From Longimicrobiales bacterium (lineage in GTDB: Bacteria > Gemmatimonadota > Gemmatimonadetes > Longimicrobiales > Gaopeijiaceae), in NCBI GenBank assembly GCA_965202805.1, contig OZ241869.1, positions 1,184,001 through 1,248,000 of the forward strand: 64,000 nt of DNA, given 5' to 3'. Numbering within the stretch: the stretch's first letter is position 1; every line of letters starts with the position of its first letter. This document shows, piece by piece, positions 53,577-63,694 of the stretch. The position numbers and the translations under genes are program-made. The notes beneath the pieces are model-generated. The model worked only from the letters and a program-made list of their open reading frames with translations, was not told the DNA's origin and ran no database searches.

Positions 53577-54416
53577 ATGGACACGACCCCGTCGAACGGC
53601 GCGAGCGTGGCCTTCATCGGCGCCGGAGCCATGGGCGCGGCGATGATCGGCGGCCTTGCGGGCGGAAACGACATCGATCCGGGCCGGGTGATCGCGAGCG
53701 ACCGCAACGAGGACCGGCTCGCGCTCGTGCGCGATCAGTTCGGGGTCGGGACCACCCTCTGCAACCGCGAGGCCGCCCGCACCGCGGATGTCGTCGTCCT
53801 GGCGGTCAAGCCTCAGGTCCTGCCCGCCGTGCTTGCGGAGCTCAAGGGCCGGATTCGCGAGGACGCATTGACGCTCTCGATCGTGGCCGGCGCCTCCATC
53901 GCCTCCATCGCCTCCCTGCTCGAGCACCGCGCCATCGTACGAACCATGCCGAACACGCCGGCCCAGGTCGGGGAAGGCATGACCGTGTGGACGGCCACCC
54001 CGGAGGTCTCGCGGGAACAGCGGGTGCAGGCGGGGACCATCGTCGGGTCGCTGGGACGAGAGCTGTTCGTGGACGACGAGAGGTTTCTCGATATCGCGAC
54101 GGCGATCAGCGGCACCGGGCCGGCCTATGTGTTTCTCATGATGGAGGCGCTCATCGACGCGGCGGTCCATCTCGGGTTCTCGCGCAAGGACGCGCGCGAG
54201 CTGGTCGTCCAGACCATCCGCGGAGCGGCGATCTACGCCGAGCAGCAGCCGGTCCATCCGGCCGAACTGCGCAACCGCGTGACCTCGCCGGGGGGCACCA
54301 CGGCCGAGGCGCTGTATCAGCTCGAGAAGGGGAGCTTCCGGACCATCATGTCCAAGGCGGTGGTGGCGGCATTCAGGCGGAGCGTGGCGCTGGGCGAGAT
54401 GAGCACGCAGTCGTAG
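53577..54416 (+). CDS. proC: Pyrroline-5-carboxylate reductase
   Basis: FIGAGAMG, LAVKPQ, RTMPNTP, SGTGPAY, VTSPGGTT. Confidence 0.97.
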   Translation: MDTTPSNGASVAFIGAGAMGAAMIGGLAGGNDIDPGRVIASDRNEDRLALVRDQFGVGTTLCNREAARTADVVVLAVKPQVLPAVLAELKGRIREDALTLSIVAGASIASIASLLEHRAIVRTMPNTPAQVGEGMTVWTATPEVSREQRVQAGTIVGSLGRELFVDDERFLDIATAISGTGPAYVFLMMEALIDAAVHLGFSRKDARELVVQTIRGAAIYAEQQPVHPAELRNRVTSPGGTTAEALYQLEKGSFRTIMSKAVVAAFRRSVALGEMSTQS

Positions 54417-54512
54417 TCGGCGATACCGGGGGGACGCGGTCCCGGGCGTGGCGACAGCGAAGCGAACGAGGCGGAGACCGGCGCGCGGGCGCGCAGCCCG
54501 CAGACCGGTGGA

Positions 54513-56987
54513 CTACCCTGGAAGGAGCCTCAGCCGGGAGATCGTGCGCGCCTCGACCTCGGACCGCTCGAGCGGCAGGCGCCACAGTTCGCCTCGCTGC
54601 CAGCGCTCCAGCTGATCCCAGCTGTGGCGGTTGGCCGGACGGCCGGACTGCCCTCCGGGCAGGATGAACGCACCCCCGCGGCCGAGGTCTCCGAGGTCGG
54701 TGACGGACCGCTGGCTCGGCCCGCTGGTGACCTCGAACAGGGGGAAGTTGCCCCCGAACGCGGCCGCGTCGACCGTGTAGCCATCGCCTGGCCGGGGCAG
54801 ATCACGCCGGCCGAAGCCCAGCAGGCCGCCGATCACCGGCACGTCCTGGAAGGGATGCGAGATGCGCAGGAGGTGGACCTGCCCCCACGGTCGACCGCTC
54901 GCGTCGGCCGCCTCGAGCGCGGCCCGCGCGGCCAGCGAGTCGACGCCCGCCCCGCCGGCGTCGAGCGCCCGCCCCACCATGTACTGCGGGAAATAGCCGA
55001 ACCCGCCTGCCGCCCTGTAGAAGCGGGCGCGCAGTGCGGTCCCGAGCGCCTCCGCCCAGGCATGGAAGAGCGTCGCCTCGGTGCTTGCCACCGTCGCCCG
55101 CCCGTCCCACGCCTCCAGCGCGGCCGCCAGGCTGTCCAGCCCCGCCCGCCGGAAGGCCGCGCTCGTCCGGCCCCGGTAGCGGGCGATGAAACCGCTCTGC
55201 ACGTCCAGCTGGATGGCCCGCATCGACTCGGCGTCGTGGTCGCCCCGCGCCTCGATCAACTCGGTGATGCGCTGGGCGCGGTAGGGATCCTCCCAGCGGT
55301 CCGGCGAGATCACCAGCGAGAGCGAGTCCCGGCTCTGGCGGTTGTTCGCCGTGGCGATGAACCCCGAGGCCGGGTTGAGCAGCCGCGGATTGCGCTCGTA
55401 GGGCAGCGTCCCGATCCAGTCGTGTTCTCCGGTCCAGCCCGGCACCGGCAGGAGCGGCGGCCGGCCCGAGCGGCGCAGGGGAACGGCGCCGGCGAGCTGG
55501 TAGCCGAAGTCGCCCGCGGTGTCGGCGAAGACCACGTTCTGGTAGGGGCTGGCGAAGTGCGCCAGCGCGGCGATCAGCTCCGACGCGGAGTTGGCGAGGT
55601 TCGTCGCCAGGATCCCCTCGAAGGTGGTCGACGGGTCGTGCGCACCCCAGCGGAAGGACAGAAGCTCGCCTCCCGGCACCGGATCCACCGCCGTCATGAC
55701 CGGGCCGTGGCGGGTTTCGCGCACCAGCAGGCGCACCGGCTGGTCGCGGCCGCGCACCCGGATCGCCTCCTCGCGAACCCGGAAGGGCTCGCTGCCCTCC
55801 GGCGTCATGTAACGGGTGGTGTCGGCCGGATCCACCCGTTCGATGAAGAAGTCGGAGTCGTCGACCATGGCGTTCGTGAAACCCCAGGCAATCCCGGCGG
55901 TGTGTCCCGCGATCACCCCGGGGGCGCCCGGCAGGCTCTCCCCGACCACATCCAGACCGGGCGCGTGCAGCCCGATCAGGTACCAGATGTTGGGGTGGTC
56001 CAGGCCCAGGTGCATGTCGTTGGCGAGGAGGGGCATGCCGCTCGCGGTGCGGGACCCTCCGACGACCCAGGAGTTGGAGGCGCGCACGGTGCTCGCCGCT
56101 TCGAGCGCGGCGCGGGCCGCCGCGGGCATGCGCGACGAGGCGACCACGTCCGCGGAAACGGCGGGCGGCAGGGCGTCCGTGGAGCCGGGCTGCCGCGGAG
56201 TGCGTCCCGCATCCGGTGACGCGGCTCCGCCCGGTGCGCTGGCGCTCGTCCGATCCGGAAGGGCCACCGCGGGCACCGCAGGATCGCCGCCGACCTCATC
56301 GGGTGCAGCCGCCTGCGCAGTATCCTGCAGAATCGTGACCCCCCATTCGGGATAGCGGGGCAGCAACTCCAGCACGGCCTCGTCGCCCGCGGTCGCGCGC
56401 GCGCCGGCCAGCGACATCGAGACCCCGTACTGGGACAGGTCCCAGGCCATGATCTTCTCGACGGCGAGCGAGTGCTCGATCTCCCAGGGCTCGAAGGTCG
56501 CGCGGAGCAGGACGAACTCCGGCGGCAGGAGGCCGCGCCACTCGTCCACGGCCGCGTTGACCCCGCGGGCGTAGGCCTCTGCGAGCGCTCGGGTGCGGGC
56601 GCTTACGGCCGTCTCCCGCCCGGCCCGCGCGAGGCCCAGCGTGCGCAGAAACCGGTCGGCGTCCAGGGTTTCCTCGCCGAAGAGTTCGCTCAGGCGTCCC
56701 TGGGCGACCCGCCGGAACATCTCCAGCTGCCAGAGACGGTCCGTGGCGTGCAGGTACCCCTGCGCGAAGACCGCGTCGGCCAGCGAACCCGCCCACACGT
56801 GGGGCACGCCGAGGGAGTCGCGCAGCACCTCCACCGGCTGCTCCAGGCCGGGAAGCACGAGTTCCCCGGACGCCGGCGCGGGGCCGGTTGCCAGGCGCCT
56901 GACCCCGATCACGCCCGCCAGGGAGGCGAGCAGAATCGCGGCCAGCGTCCCGAGCAGGATTCGCCGGGGCAGGCGGCCCCTGCTCAG
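54513..56987 (-). CDS. Penicillin acylase family (S45, Ntn hydrolase) protein
   Basis: RDSLGVPH, QG..HA.DRLWQ, SNSW nucleophile, LLANDMHL, PGGQSG; signal anchor encoded upstream of GTG 56912, probable CTG start at 56987. Confidence 0.93.
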   Translation of the reverse strand: MSRGRLPRRILLGTLAAILLASLAGVIGVRRLATGPAPASGELVLPGLEQPVEVLRDSLGVPHVWAGSLADAVFAQGYLHATDRLWQLEMFRRVAQGRLSELFGEETLDADRFLRTLGLARAGRETAVSARTRALAEAYARGVNAAVDEWRGLLPPEFVLLRATFEPWEIEHSLAVEKIMAWDLSQYGVSMSLAGARATAGDEAVLELLPRYPEWGVTILQDTAQAAAPDEVGGDPAVPAVALPDRTSASAPGGAASPDAGRTPRQPGSTDALPPAVSADVVASSRMPAAARAALEAASTVRASNSWVVGGSRTASGMPLLANDMHLGLDHPNIWYLIGLHAPGLDVVGESLPGAPGVIAGHTAGIAWGFTNAMVDDSDFFIERVDPADTTRYMTPEGSEPFRVREEAIRVRGRDQPVRLLVRETRHGPVMTAVDPVPGGELLSFRWGAHDPSTTFEGILATNLANSASELIAALAHFASPYQNVVFADTAGDFGYQLAGAVPLRRSGRPPLLPVPGWTGEHDWIGTLPYERNPRLLNPASGFIATANNRQSRDSLSLVISPDRWEDPYRAQRITELIEARGDHDAESMRAIQLDVQSGFIARYRGRTSAAFRRAGLDSLAAALEAWDGRATVASTEATLFHAWAEALGTALRARFYRAAGGFGYFPQYMVGRALDAGGAGVDSLAARAALEAADASGRPWGQVHLLRISHPFQDVPVIGGLLGFGRRDLPRPGDGYTVDAAAFGGNFPLFEVTSGPSQRSVTDLGDLGRGGAFILPGGQSGRPANRHSWDQLERWQRGELWRLPLERSEVEARTISRLRLLPG

Positions 56988-58162
56988 CGCGACGCCTCCA
57001 GTGCCCGGTTGAAGTCGCGCTGCAAATCCCGGACATCCTCGAGCCCCACCGAGACCCGAACGAATCCGTCGGGGATGCCTGCCTCCGTCCTCTCCTCCGG
57101 GGTCAGGCCGAGGTGGGAGGTGAAGCGCGGCTGCGACACCAGGGTCTCGACGCCGCCCAGGCTGGGAGCGACCCTGGCCACCTCCAGCCCCCGGCAGAAT
57201 GCGTCCGCGCCCGCGCCCCCGCTCCTGAGCACGAAGCCCACCATGCCGCCGAACCCGTCCAGCAGCTCCCCCGCCAGCGCGCGGTCGGGATGACTGGCCA
57301 GGCCGGGGTAGGAGACCCGCGAGATCCCGGGGCGGTTCTCCAGCCAGGCGGCGAGTTCCAGGCCGCTGCGGTTATGGCGCGCCATCCGCACGGACAGCGT
57401 CTTGATCCCGCGCTCCAGCAGCCAGGCCGCGTGGGGGTCCAGCGCCGGCCCGTAGAGCACCAGCATGCGCTGCACGCGCTCGATCAGCTCCCGGCTGCCG
57501 GAGACGACGCCCGCGATCAGGTCGGAATGGCCCCCCAGGTACTTGGTCGCGCTGTGGATCACCACATCCACGCCGAGGCGGGCCGGCCTGAGGTTGATGG
57601 GTGACGCGAAGGTGGCGTCCATCATGGTGACCGCCCCGGCCTGGCGCGCGAGGCGCACCGGGATGCGGGGGTCGAAGACGCGCATCACGGGATTGGTCGG
57701 GGTCTCCAGGAAGAGGATGCGGGTGTTGTCCCGCATCGCCGATTCCCAGGCGCAGGCCTCGTCAGGGTCGACGAAGGTCGTGGTCACCCCGCGGTGCGGC
57801 ATTTCGTCGGCGAGGAACGTGCCGGTGGCGCCGTACAGGTGCTTCGAGGCCACGACGTGGTCCCCGGCGCGGGTGACGGCGAGCACGGCGAGCGCGGTGG
57901 CAGCCATCCCGCTCGCGACGGCCAGGGATGCCTCGGTGCCCTCGAGCGCCGCCAGCTTGCGGGCCACCGCGACCTGGTTCGGGTTGTTTCCGTAGCGGGA
58001 GTAGCGCAGCTCGGGCGCGTCGCCGGGCGCGTTCCAGAAGAAGGTGGAACTCTGCACCACGGGCAGCACGACGGGCTCTCCGGGGCGCGGCTCCGGGCCG
58101 CCGGCGTGAACGCCCAGCGTACCCGGACCCCAGGCCTCCCGCGCCTCCGGGGAATCGCTCAT
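56984..58162 (-). CDS. Second Cys/Met metabolism PLP-dependent lyase (cystathionine/methionine gamma-lyase family)
   Basis: YSRYGNNP, ETPTNP, HSATKYLGGHSD, PSLGGVETL, RVSVGLED. Confidence 0.9.
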   Translation of the reverse strand: MSDSPEAREAWGPGTLGVHAGGPEPRPGEPVVLPVVQSSTFFWNAPGDAPELRYSRYGNNPNQVAVARKLAALEGTEASLAVASGMAATALAVLAVTRAGDHVVASKHLYGATGTFLADEMPHRGVTTTFVDPDEACAWESAMRDNTRILFLETPTNPVMRVFDPRIPVRLARQAGAVTMMDATFASPINLRPARLGVDVVIHSATKYLGGHSDLIAGVVSGSRELIERVQRMLVLYGPALDPHAAWLLERGIKTLSVRMARHNRSGLELAAWLENRPGISRVSYPGLASHPDRALAGELLDGFGGMVGFVLRSGGAGADAFCRGLEVARVAPSLGGVETLVSQPRFTSHLGLTPEERTEAGIPDGFVRVSVGLEDVRDLQRDFNRALEASR

Positions 58163-58163
58163 T

Positions 58164-58209
58164 CCATCCTCCGAGACTCCTTTCATGCCATCCTCCGAGA
58201 CCCTTTCAT
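58164..58209. repeat. Tandem direct repeat (23/22 nt) covering the RBS region
   Basis: CCATCCTCCGAGACTCCTTTCAT (58164-58186) and CCATCCTCCGAGACCCTTTCAT (58188-58209). Confidence 0.85.
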
Positions 58210-58793
58210 CCCATCAGACTCCGCATCAGACCGCTCAGCGCCAGGTAATCTCCGGACCCGGGCCGCCGGAATACAAGTCCGCGCCGCACCAGTGATTCCA
58301 GGGTGGCGCGATCGACCTCGTCCGGAAGGTGCGCCGGGACGTCCCCCGGTGAAAGGGCTTCCCGCTCCTCCAGCGAACCCCAGACCCGGGCATCGGCCTC
58401 GCTCCACACGCCGACCAGCCGGCATCGCCCGCGCCCGGTTTCGGCCACCGCGGCAAGGCGATGGCGTTCGAGGACGGCCTGGATCGGTTCCAGATGCAGG
58501 TCGCTCACGCCGCGCAGGATGAAGAAGGCGCGGGTGGCTTCCTCCGGCGGCTGGTAGTGCAGGAGAAGCTTCGCCACGACCTCGTCCGCGCACGAGAAAT
58601 CCAGGACGTGAACCTCGGAGAAGTCGATGACCGAGAGCGCCGTCGCTCCCGCGCTCGCGAGCTGGCTCTCGATGGCCCTCCGCACCGCGCGCCCCGTGGG
58701 CCGGGTCACCAGGTGCGCGTAAAGCGACGCCACCTGCCGCTCAACCAGGCGACGGAGGTCGATCGCCACCGGATCCACACCGAATCCATTCAT
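58206..58793 (-). CDS. STAS-like (DUF4325-type) domain protein with probable C-terminal winged HTH
   Basis: LVTRPTGRAVR, IDFSEVHVLDFSCADEVVAKLL, C-terminal LESLVRRGLVFR; ATGA-coupled to the kinase. Confidence 0.7.
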   Translation of the reverse strand: MNGFGVDPVAIDLRRLVERQVASLYAHLVTRPTGRAVRRAIESQLASAGATALSVIDFSEVHVLDFSCADEVVAKLLLHYQPPEEATRAFFILRGVSDLHLEPIQAVLERHRLAAVAETGRGRCRLVGVWSEADARVWGSLEEREALSPGDVPAHLPDEVDRATLESLVRRGLVFRRPGSGDYLALSGLMRSLMG

Positions 58794-59716
58794 GAAGCCG
58801 GGCCCGGGTCCGTCATGCGGCTCTTCTCCTTGCCCCGCTCTCTCGCGGGCAGAACGATGTTGATCTGGGCGCCCGGGAAACGGGTCAGCCCCTGCTCCAG
58901 CGCGGGAGTGTCGTCCCAGTCCGGCACGTCGGCGATGCGCGCGGTGCCGCTGCGGATGGAGATGAGCCCATCCCAACGCCGCACCTGCCTGCGGATCTGC
59001 TGGATTCCCTGGCCCCTGCCGGAGTCCTGAAAGCGGGTGACGCCGTGCAGAAAGGCGGCCTCCAGCGCCCGGCCGTCCCCCCATCGCCTGCCGAAGCCGC
59101 CGGCGTGCTCCGCCGCCAGCGATCCGCGGAAACCGCGCCCCAGGTCGGACACGGCGATCACCAGCATCCAGCGCTCCCGGCGCTTTGCCCAGTAGTAGGC
59201 CTGCGCGGCCACCCATCCGGGAGCCTCCGCGTGTTCGATGATGTTCTGGCAGACCTCCGAGAGCACGACCGAGAACTGGACGACGGTCACCAGGGGGTAT
59301 CCCAGAGTGCGGGTCAGGATGGTCCCCGCGCGCGACTGTACGCGATCCACGACCGTATGCACATCGCTGTTGGTGGTCACCGGAGTGATCTCGAGCAGAA
59401 CGTCGGAGCTTGCGGCGAATTCGCGCGGGCGCCGGGCCTGCATCGAAAAGAAGCGCCGGGCGTGTTCGAAGAAGCGGATGCGCGCCAGGTATCCGAGGAC
59501 CGTCGTGTGCCTGGGAAGCCGCAGATGGGGCGCCTGCCCCAGCCTGCGCTTGAGGAGCGCGCCCGCGCTCAGCAGGCCGACCAGGCCCTGCGGGTCGACG
59601 AAGCGAAGATAGCCCGCGTCGAAGAGCGCCTTGCCTTCCGCGACCTGTGCGCATTGCTGGAAGACGCTGTCGACGGTGGAGTAGTCCAGCGATGAGGGCA
59701 CGCGGATTACATGCAA
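58790..59716 (-). CDS. STAS-like + HATPase_c (RsbW/SpoIIAB-like) ATP-binding protein
   Basis: EVCQNIIEHA (N box), SDLGRG (G1), GRGQG (G2); N-terminal D...LRFVDPQGL. Confidence 0.8.
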   Translation of the reverse strand: MHVIRVPSSLDYSTVDSVFQQCAQVAEGKALFDAGYLRFVDPQGLVGLLSAGALLKRRLGQAPHLRLPRHTTVLGYLARIRFFEHARRFFSMQARRPREFAASSDVLLEITPVTTNSDVHTVVDRVQSRAGTILTRTLGYPLVTVVQFSVVLSEVCQNIIEHAEAPGWVAAQAYYWAKRRERWMLVIAVSDLGRGFRGSLAAEHAGGFGRRWGDGRALEAAFLHGVTRFQDSGRGQGIQQIRRQVRRWDGLISIRSGTARIADVPDWDDTPALEQGLTRFPGAQINIVLPARERGKEKSRMTDPGPAS

Positions 59717-59765
59717 CCGGCGAACTCCGGAGTTGGCGCGGCGGGACGGGCGCGGACGGCGCGGC

Positions 59766-60809
59766 TCATCCCCGGGCGATCCGTCCCTTCAGGTGGAGGT
59801 GCAGCCCGCGCGCGCCGCGATGTTCGACGTTCCGGGCGGCCATGGAGTTGGCGGTGACGATCGCGCGCTCGAGGCGGTCGCCATCGAGCAGTCGAGCGAA
59901 GAAGGTAGCGCCCCATACGTCCCCGCAGCCAGTCACATCCCCCTGGCGCGGGCCGCCCGGGATGTCGATCCGCCGGGTCGTGGCGGGGGCGGGGCTGGCC
60001 ACCTGTCCGCGCATGCCGGGCCACGCGGAGGTATCGGACGAGAAGGCGGGCGCGGCCACACAGGCCGCTCCGCGCGGTCCCAGGGTAACGGTGATCAGCT
60101 TCAGGTCCGGCCCGACCACATGCGCCGCCAGCCGCCACGGGTCACCCGCCTCCCGGCCCAGCAGGGCGAACTCGTCGTCGTTCATCTGCACCGCGTCGAA
60201 GCAGCGCAGCCAGGAGTCCCACAGCGGCAGGGGACGCGGCTCGCGTTCGCCGTGCCGCCCGATCCCGAGGAAGAGGGAATGGAGGTCGGCGTAGATCGGG
60301 CCCTCGAACGCCTCGCGCAGCATCTGCGCGGTCTCTAGCTCCATCTCGAAGCCCGAGATGAAGTTGACGTAGAGCGCGTCGCACTCGCCCGCGAGAGGCC
60401 AGAACTCCTCCCATCCCCATGCCGGCACGCCCCCCGAAAGGCGCTCGCAGCGACGCTCGTCGTCCTGGTAGCGGAGTTCCACCCGGTTGTTGGGTTCCGG
60501 GACGACACGGACGGCGCGGTGCGGGCTCACGCGGGGGATCTCGCCCAGGAACCGGAGCGCGGGCTCGGCGAGGTCCTGGCCCACCTTGAGGATGGGGACG
60601 ATGCGCCAGTGCGGCGGCAGCGCGGCGGCGAGCGCCTCCAGGGCATAACTCACCCCGCCCCACTCCTCCACGGGATGACCGTGACCGTCGCGCAGGTAAA
60701 TGGTGTCCCAGACGAGCGTGCCGACCACGCCGAGGAGGGGGCGGCGCGACCCCGAACGGGACGATCCACGCCGGGGGCGCGGCTCAACCCCGGGTCCGGC
60801 CGGGCTCAC
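59766..60809 (-). CDS. Divergent PfkB/ribokinase family kinase
   Basis: VG..VWD, GGVSY, QMNDDE, VTLGPRGA, DVTGCGD anion-hole motif; GTGA-coupled to ROK. Confidence 0.8.
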   Translation of the reverse strand: MSPAGPGVEPRPRRGSSRSGSRRPLLGVVGTLVWDTIYLRDGHGHPVEEWGGVSYALEALAAALPPHWRIVPILKVGQDLAEPALRFLGEIPRVSPHRAVRVVPEPNNRVELRYQDDERRCERLSGGVPAWGWEEFWPLAGECDALYVNFISGFEMELETAQMLREAFEGPIYADLHSLFLGIGRHGEREPRPLPLWDSWLRCFDAVQMNDDEFALLGREAGDPWRLAAHVVGPDLKLITVTLGPRGAACVAAPAFSSDTSAWPGMRGQVASPAPATTRRIDIPGGPRQGDVTGCGDVWGATFFARLLDGDRLERAIVTANSMAARNVEHRGARGLHLHLKGRIARG

Positions 60810-61885
60810 GTCTCTTCTGCCCGCAAGCGGAACACCCCCGCCGCCCCCACCACCCCCGCCGTCCCCGGGAGCGCTCCCGGCACCACCGTGCAGGCGTCCA
60901 CCGCCGAGCGGAAGCGGGGGCGGGCGAGCTCCGCGGCGAGCGGACCGAACAACAGGTCGCCGGCCTCGGCGACCCCGCCCATCACCACCACCGCGTCCGG
61001 GGCGAGCAGGTTGACCGCGCTGGCGATCCCGGCCGCGAGCATGCGTGCCGCGCGCGCCAGCACGCCGGTCGCGTAGGCGTCCCCCCCGACCGCCGCCTCG
61101 TGCACGGTGGCCGCGGTGATGCGGTCCAGGTCCCCCGCCACCAGCTCCGGCAGCGTCGACCGCGCCCCCCCGGCCAGCCCCTCGACCGCGGTGCGCGCGA
61201 TCCCGGGCCCGGAGGCGTAGGCTTCGAGGCACCCCCTGGCCCCGCAGGTGCAGCGGCGACCGCCGTACCTGACCGTCATGTGCCCGATCTCCCCGGCGGC
61301 GCCCGTGGCCCCGACGAAGGGTCGCCCGTCCATCACGATCCCGCCGCCGATTCCCGTGCCCAGGGTGATCCCCAGCACCGACCGGAAGCCGCGTCCCGCC
61401 CCCTGCCACCACTCCCCGCAGGCGGCGCAGTTGGCGTCGTTCTCCACGACGGTGGGCAGGCCGGTCGCGGCCTGGACGCGGTCGCGCAGCGGGAGCCCGA
61501 ACCACCCCAGGTTGTGCGACTCCACCACGATCCCGCGGGCGCGGTCGAGCGACCCGGGCGCCGCGACGCCCACCCCGGCGACCTCGGCCCCCGGGCCCTC
61601 CGCGCGCGCCAGCTCGTCGACGGCCGCGCGGATCATCCCGCACACCCGATCGACCACCGCCTCCCCGCCCCGCCCGCCCGGCGTGTCACCCGTCCGGAGC
61701 GCGCGCGGGCGGCCACCCGCCGCCGGCACCATGCCTACCGAGAGGGTGGTCCCGCCGATATCGACCCCCGCGATCCACTTCGCCACTACGGCAATCCCGC
61801 CAGGGCGGCCATGCCGGCCACCCGCGAGGGCGCCTCCCCCGCCGCCGGCCGTGGTCCCGGGCGTCGTACTGTCATCTACTGACAT
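60806..61885 (-). CDS. ROK family sugar kinase (glucokinase-like)
   Basis: GVDIGGT, ENDANCAA.GE, GTGIGGG, GEIGH, CTCGARGCLEAYAS; no HTH. Confidence 0.92.
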   Translation of the reverse strand: MSVDDSTTPGTTAGGGGGALAGGRHGRPGGIAVVAKWIAGVDIGGTTLSVGMVPAAGGRPRALRTGDTPGGRGGEAVVDRVCGMIRAAVDELARAEGPGAEVAGVGVAAPGSLDRARGIVVESHNLGWFGLPLRDRVQAATGLPTVVENDANCAACGEWWQGAGRGFRSVLGITLGTGIGGGIVMDGRPFVGATGAAGEIGHMTVRYGGRRCTCGARGCLEAYASGPGIARTAVEGLAGGARSTLPELVAGDLDRITAATVHEAAVGGDAYATGVLARAARMLAAGIASAVNLLAPDAVVVMGGVAEAGDLLFGPLAAELARPRFRSAVDACTVVPGALPGTAGVVGAAGVFRLRAEET

Positions 61886-63685
61886 CTACTGGTCAATTGA
61901 GAGCACGGCCAGAAACGCCTCTTGCGGGATCTCCACCGATCCCACCTGCTTCATCCGCTTCTTCCCCTCCTTCTGACGCTCGAGCAGCTTGCGCTTGCGC
62001 GTGATGTCCCCGCCGTAGCACTTGGCGGTCACCGCCTTGCGCAGGGCCTTCACGTTGGTGCGCGCCACGATCTTCGATCCGATCGCCGCCTGCAGCGCCA
62101 CCTGGAACTGCTGGCGCGGGATGAGCTGCTTCAGCTTGCGCACCAGATCGCGCCCGTAGAGCTGCGCGCGGTCGTGATGGATGATGACGCTGAAGGCGTC
62201 TACCGGATCGCCGTTCACCAGCACGTCCAGCTTCACCAGGTTCTCGGGCCGGTACTCCGCGAACTCGTAGTCGAGCGCCGCGTAGCCGCGCGTACTCCCC
62301 TTGAGGCGGTCGTAGAAGTCGAGCACGATCTCGGCCAACGGCAGCTCGAAGTCGATCTCCACGCGCCGGGGATCCAGGTAGCGCATCCCCTTGAAGGTCC
62401 CGCGCCGATCGTGGCAGAGCTTCTGCACGTTGCCGATGTATTCGGCGGGAGACACGATGTGCGCGTGAACCCAGGGCTCGGCGACGGCCTTCAGCTTGCC
62501 GCGGCCGGGCAGGCGGGTGGGGTTCTCGATCGCCAGTTCGCTGCCGTCGGTGAGCGTGACGTGATACTCGACGTTGGGCACGGTGGTGATCAGGCTGACG
62601 CCGAACTCGCGGTCCAGCCGTTCCTGGACGATCTCCATGTGCAGCAGCCCCAGGAAGCCGCAGCGGAACCCGAAGCCGAGGGCGGCTGAGGTCTCGGGCT
62701 GATAGTGCAGGCTGCCGTCGTTCAGCCTGAGCCGGTCGAGGGCGTCGCGCAGGGACTCGTAGTCGTCGGCGTTGCTCGGATAGAGCCCCGCGAACACCAT
62801 GGGACGGACCTCCTTGTACCCCGGCAGCAGCTCCTCCGCCCTTCGGGCCGCGTCGACCACGGTATCGCCCACCCGCGTGTGCGAGACGGACTTGATGGCC
62901 GCGACCAGGTAGCCCACCTCTCCCGGGTAGAGGGCGTCGCGGCGCACGCGCGCCAGCCGCGTGTAGCCCACCTCGGTCACCTCGTAGGTGGCGCGCACGG
63001 TGCCGAAGCCGATGTCCATCCCCGGGCGCAGCACCCCGTCCATCACCCGCACGCTCGGGACCGCGCCCAGATACTGGTCGTAGTAGGAGTCGAAGATGAG
63101 CGCGCGCAGGGGCGCCCCGGGGTCGCCCTCGGGCGGGGGCACGCGTTCGATGACCGCTTCCAGGATCTCCGCGGCGCCGGTGCCCTCCTTGGCGCTCGCG
63201 AACAGCACCTCGGAGGGATCCACCCCCAGCAGGTCCGCGAGCTCGTCGCGGCGGCGCTCCGGCTCGGCGCCGGGAAGATCGATCTTGTTGATCACCGGGA
63301 TCACTTCCAGGTCCGCGTCCAGCGCCAGGAACAAGTTGGAGATGGTCTGGGCCTGGATGCCCTGGCTGGCGTCGACGACGAGGATGGCGCCCTCGCAGGC
63401 CGCGAGGGAGCGTGACACCTCGTAGGTGAAGTCGACGTGTCCGGGGGTGTCGATCAGGTTGAGCTGATAGCGTTCGCCGTCCCGCGCCGCGTAGTCCATG
63501 CGCACGGCGTGCAGCTTGATGGTGATGCCCCGTTCGCGCTCCAGCTCGTTGGAGTCGAGCACCTGGGCGCGCATCTGGCGGGGGTCGAGCGCGCCGGTGA
63601 GCTCCAGGAGACGATCGGCGAGCGTCGACTTGCCGTGGTCGATGTGCGCGACGATGCAGAAGTTGCGGATGCGGTCGAGCTGCAC
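61886..63685 (-). CDS. lepA: Elongation factor 4
   Basis: [49 protein letters not shown]. Confidence 0.99.
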   Translation of the reverse strand: MQLDRIRNFCIVAHIDHGKSTLADRLLELTGALDPRQMRAQVLDSNELERERGITIKLHAVRMDYAARDGERYQLNLIDTPGHVDFTYEVSRSLAACEGAILVVDASQGIQAQTISNLFLALDADLEVIPVINKIDLPGAEPERRRDELADLLGVDPSEVLFASAKEGTGAAEILEAVIERVPPPEGDPGAPLRALIFDSYYDQYLGAVPSVRVMDGVLRPGMDIGFGTVRATYEVTEVGYTRLARVRRDALYPGEVGYLVAAIKSVSHTRVGDTVVDAARRAEELLPGYKEVRPMVFAGLYPSNADDYESLRDALDRLRLNDGSLHYQPETSAALGFGFRCGFLGLLHMEIVQERLDREFGVSLITTVPNVEYHVTLTDGSELAIENPTRLPGRGKLKAVAEPWVHAHIVSPAEYIGNVQKLCHDRRGTFKGMRYLDPRRVEIDFELPLAEIVLDFYDRLKGSTRGYAALDYEFAEYRPENLVKLDVLVNGDPVDAFSVIIHHDRAQLYGRDLVRKLKQLIPRQQFQVALQAAIGSKIVARTNVKALRKAVTAKCYGGDITRKRKLLERQKEGKKRMKQVGSVEIPQEAFLAVLSIDQ

Positions 63686-63694
63686 GGCTCCCCC

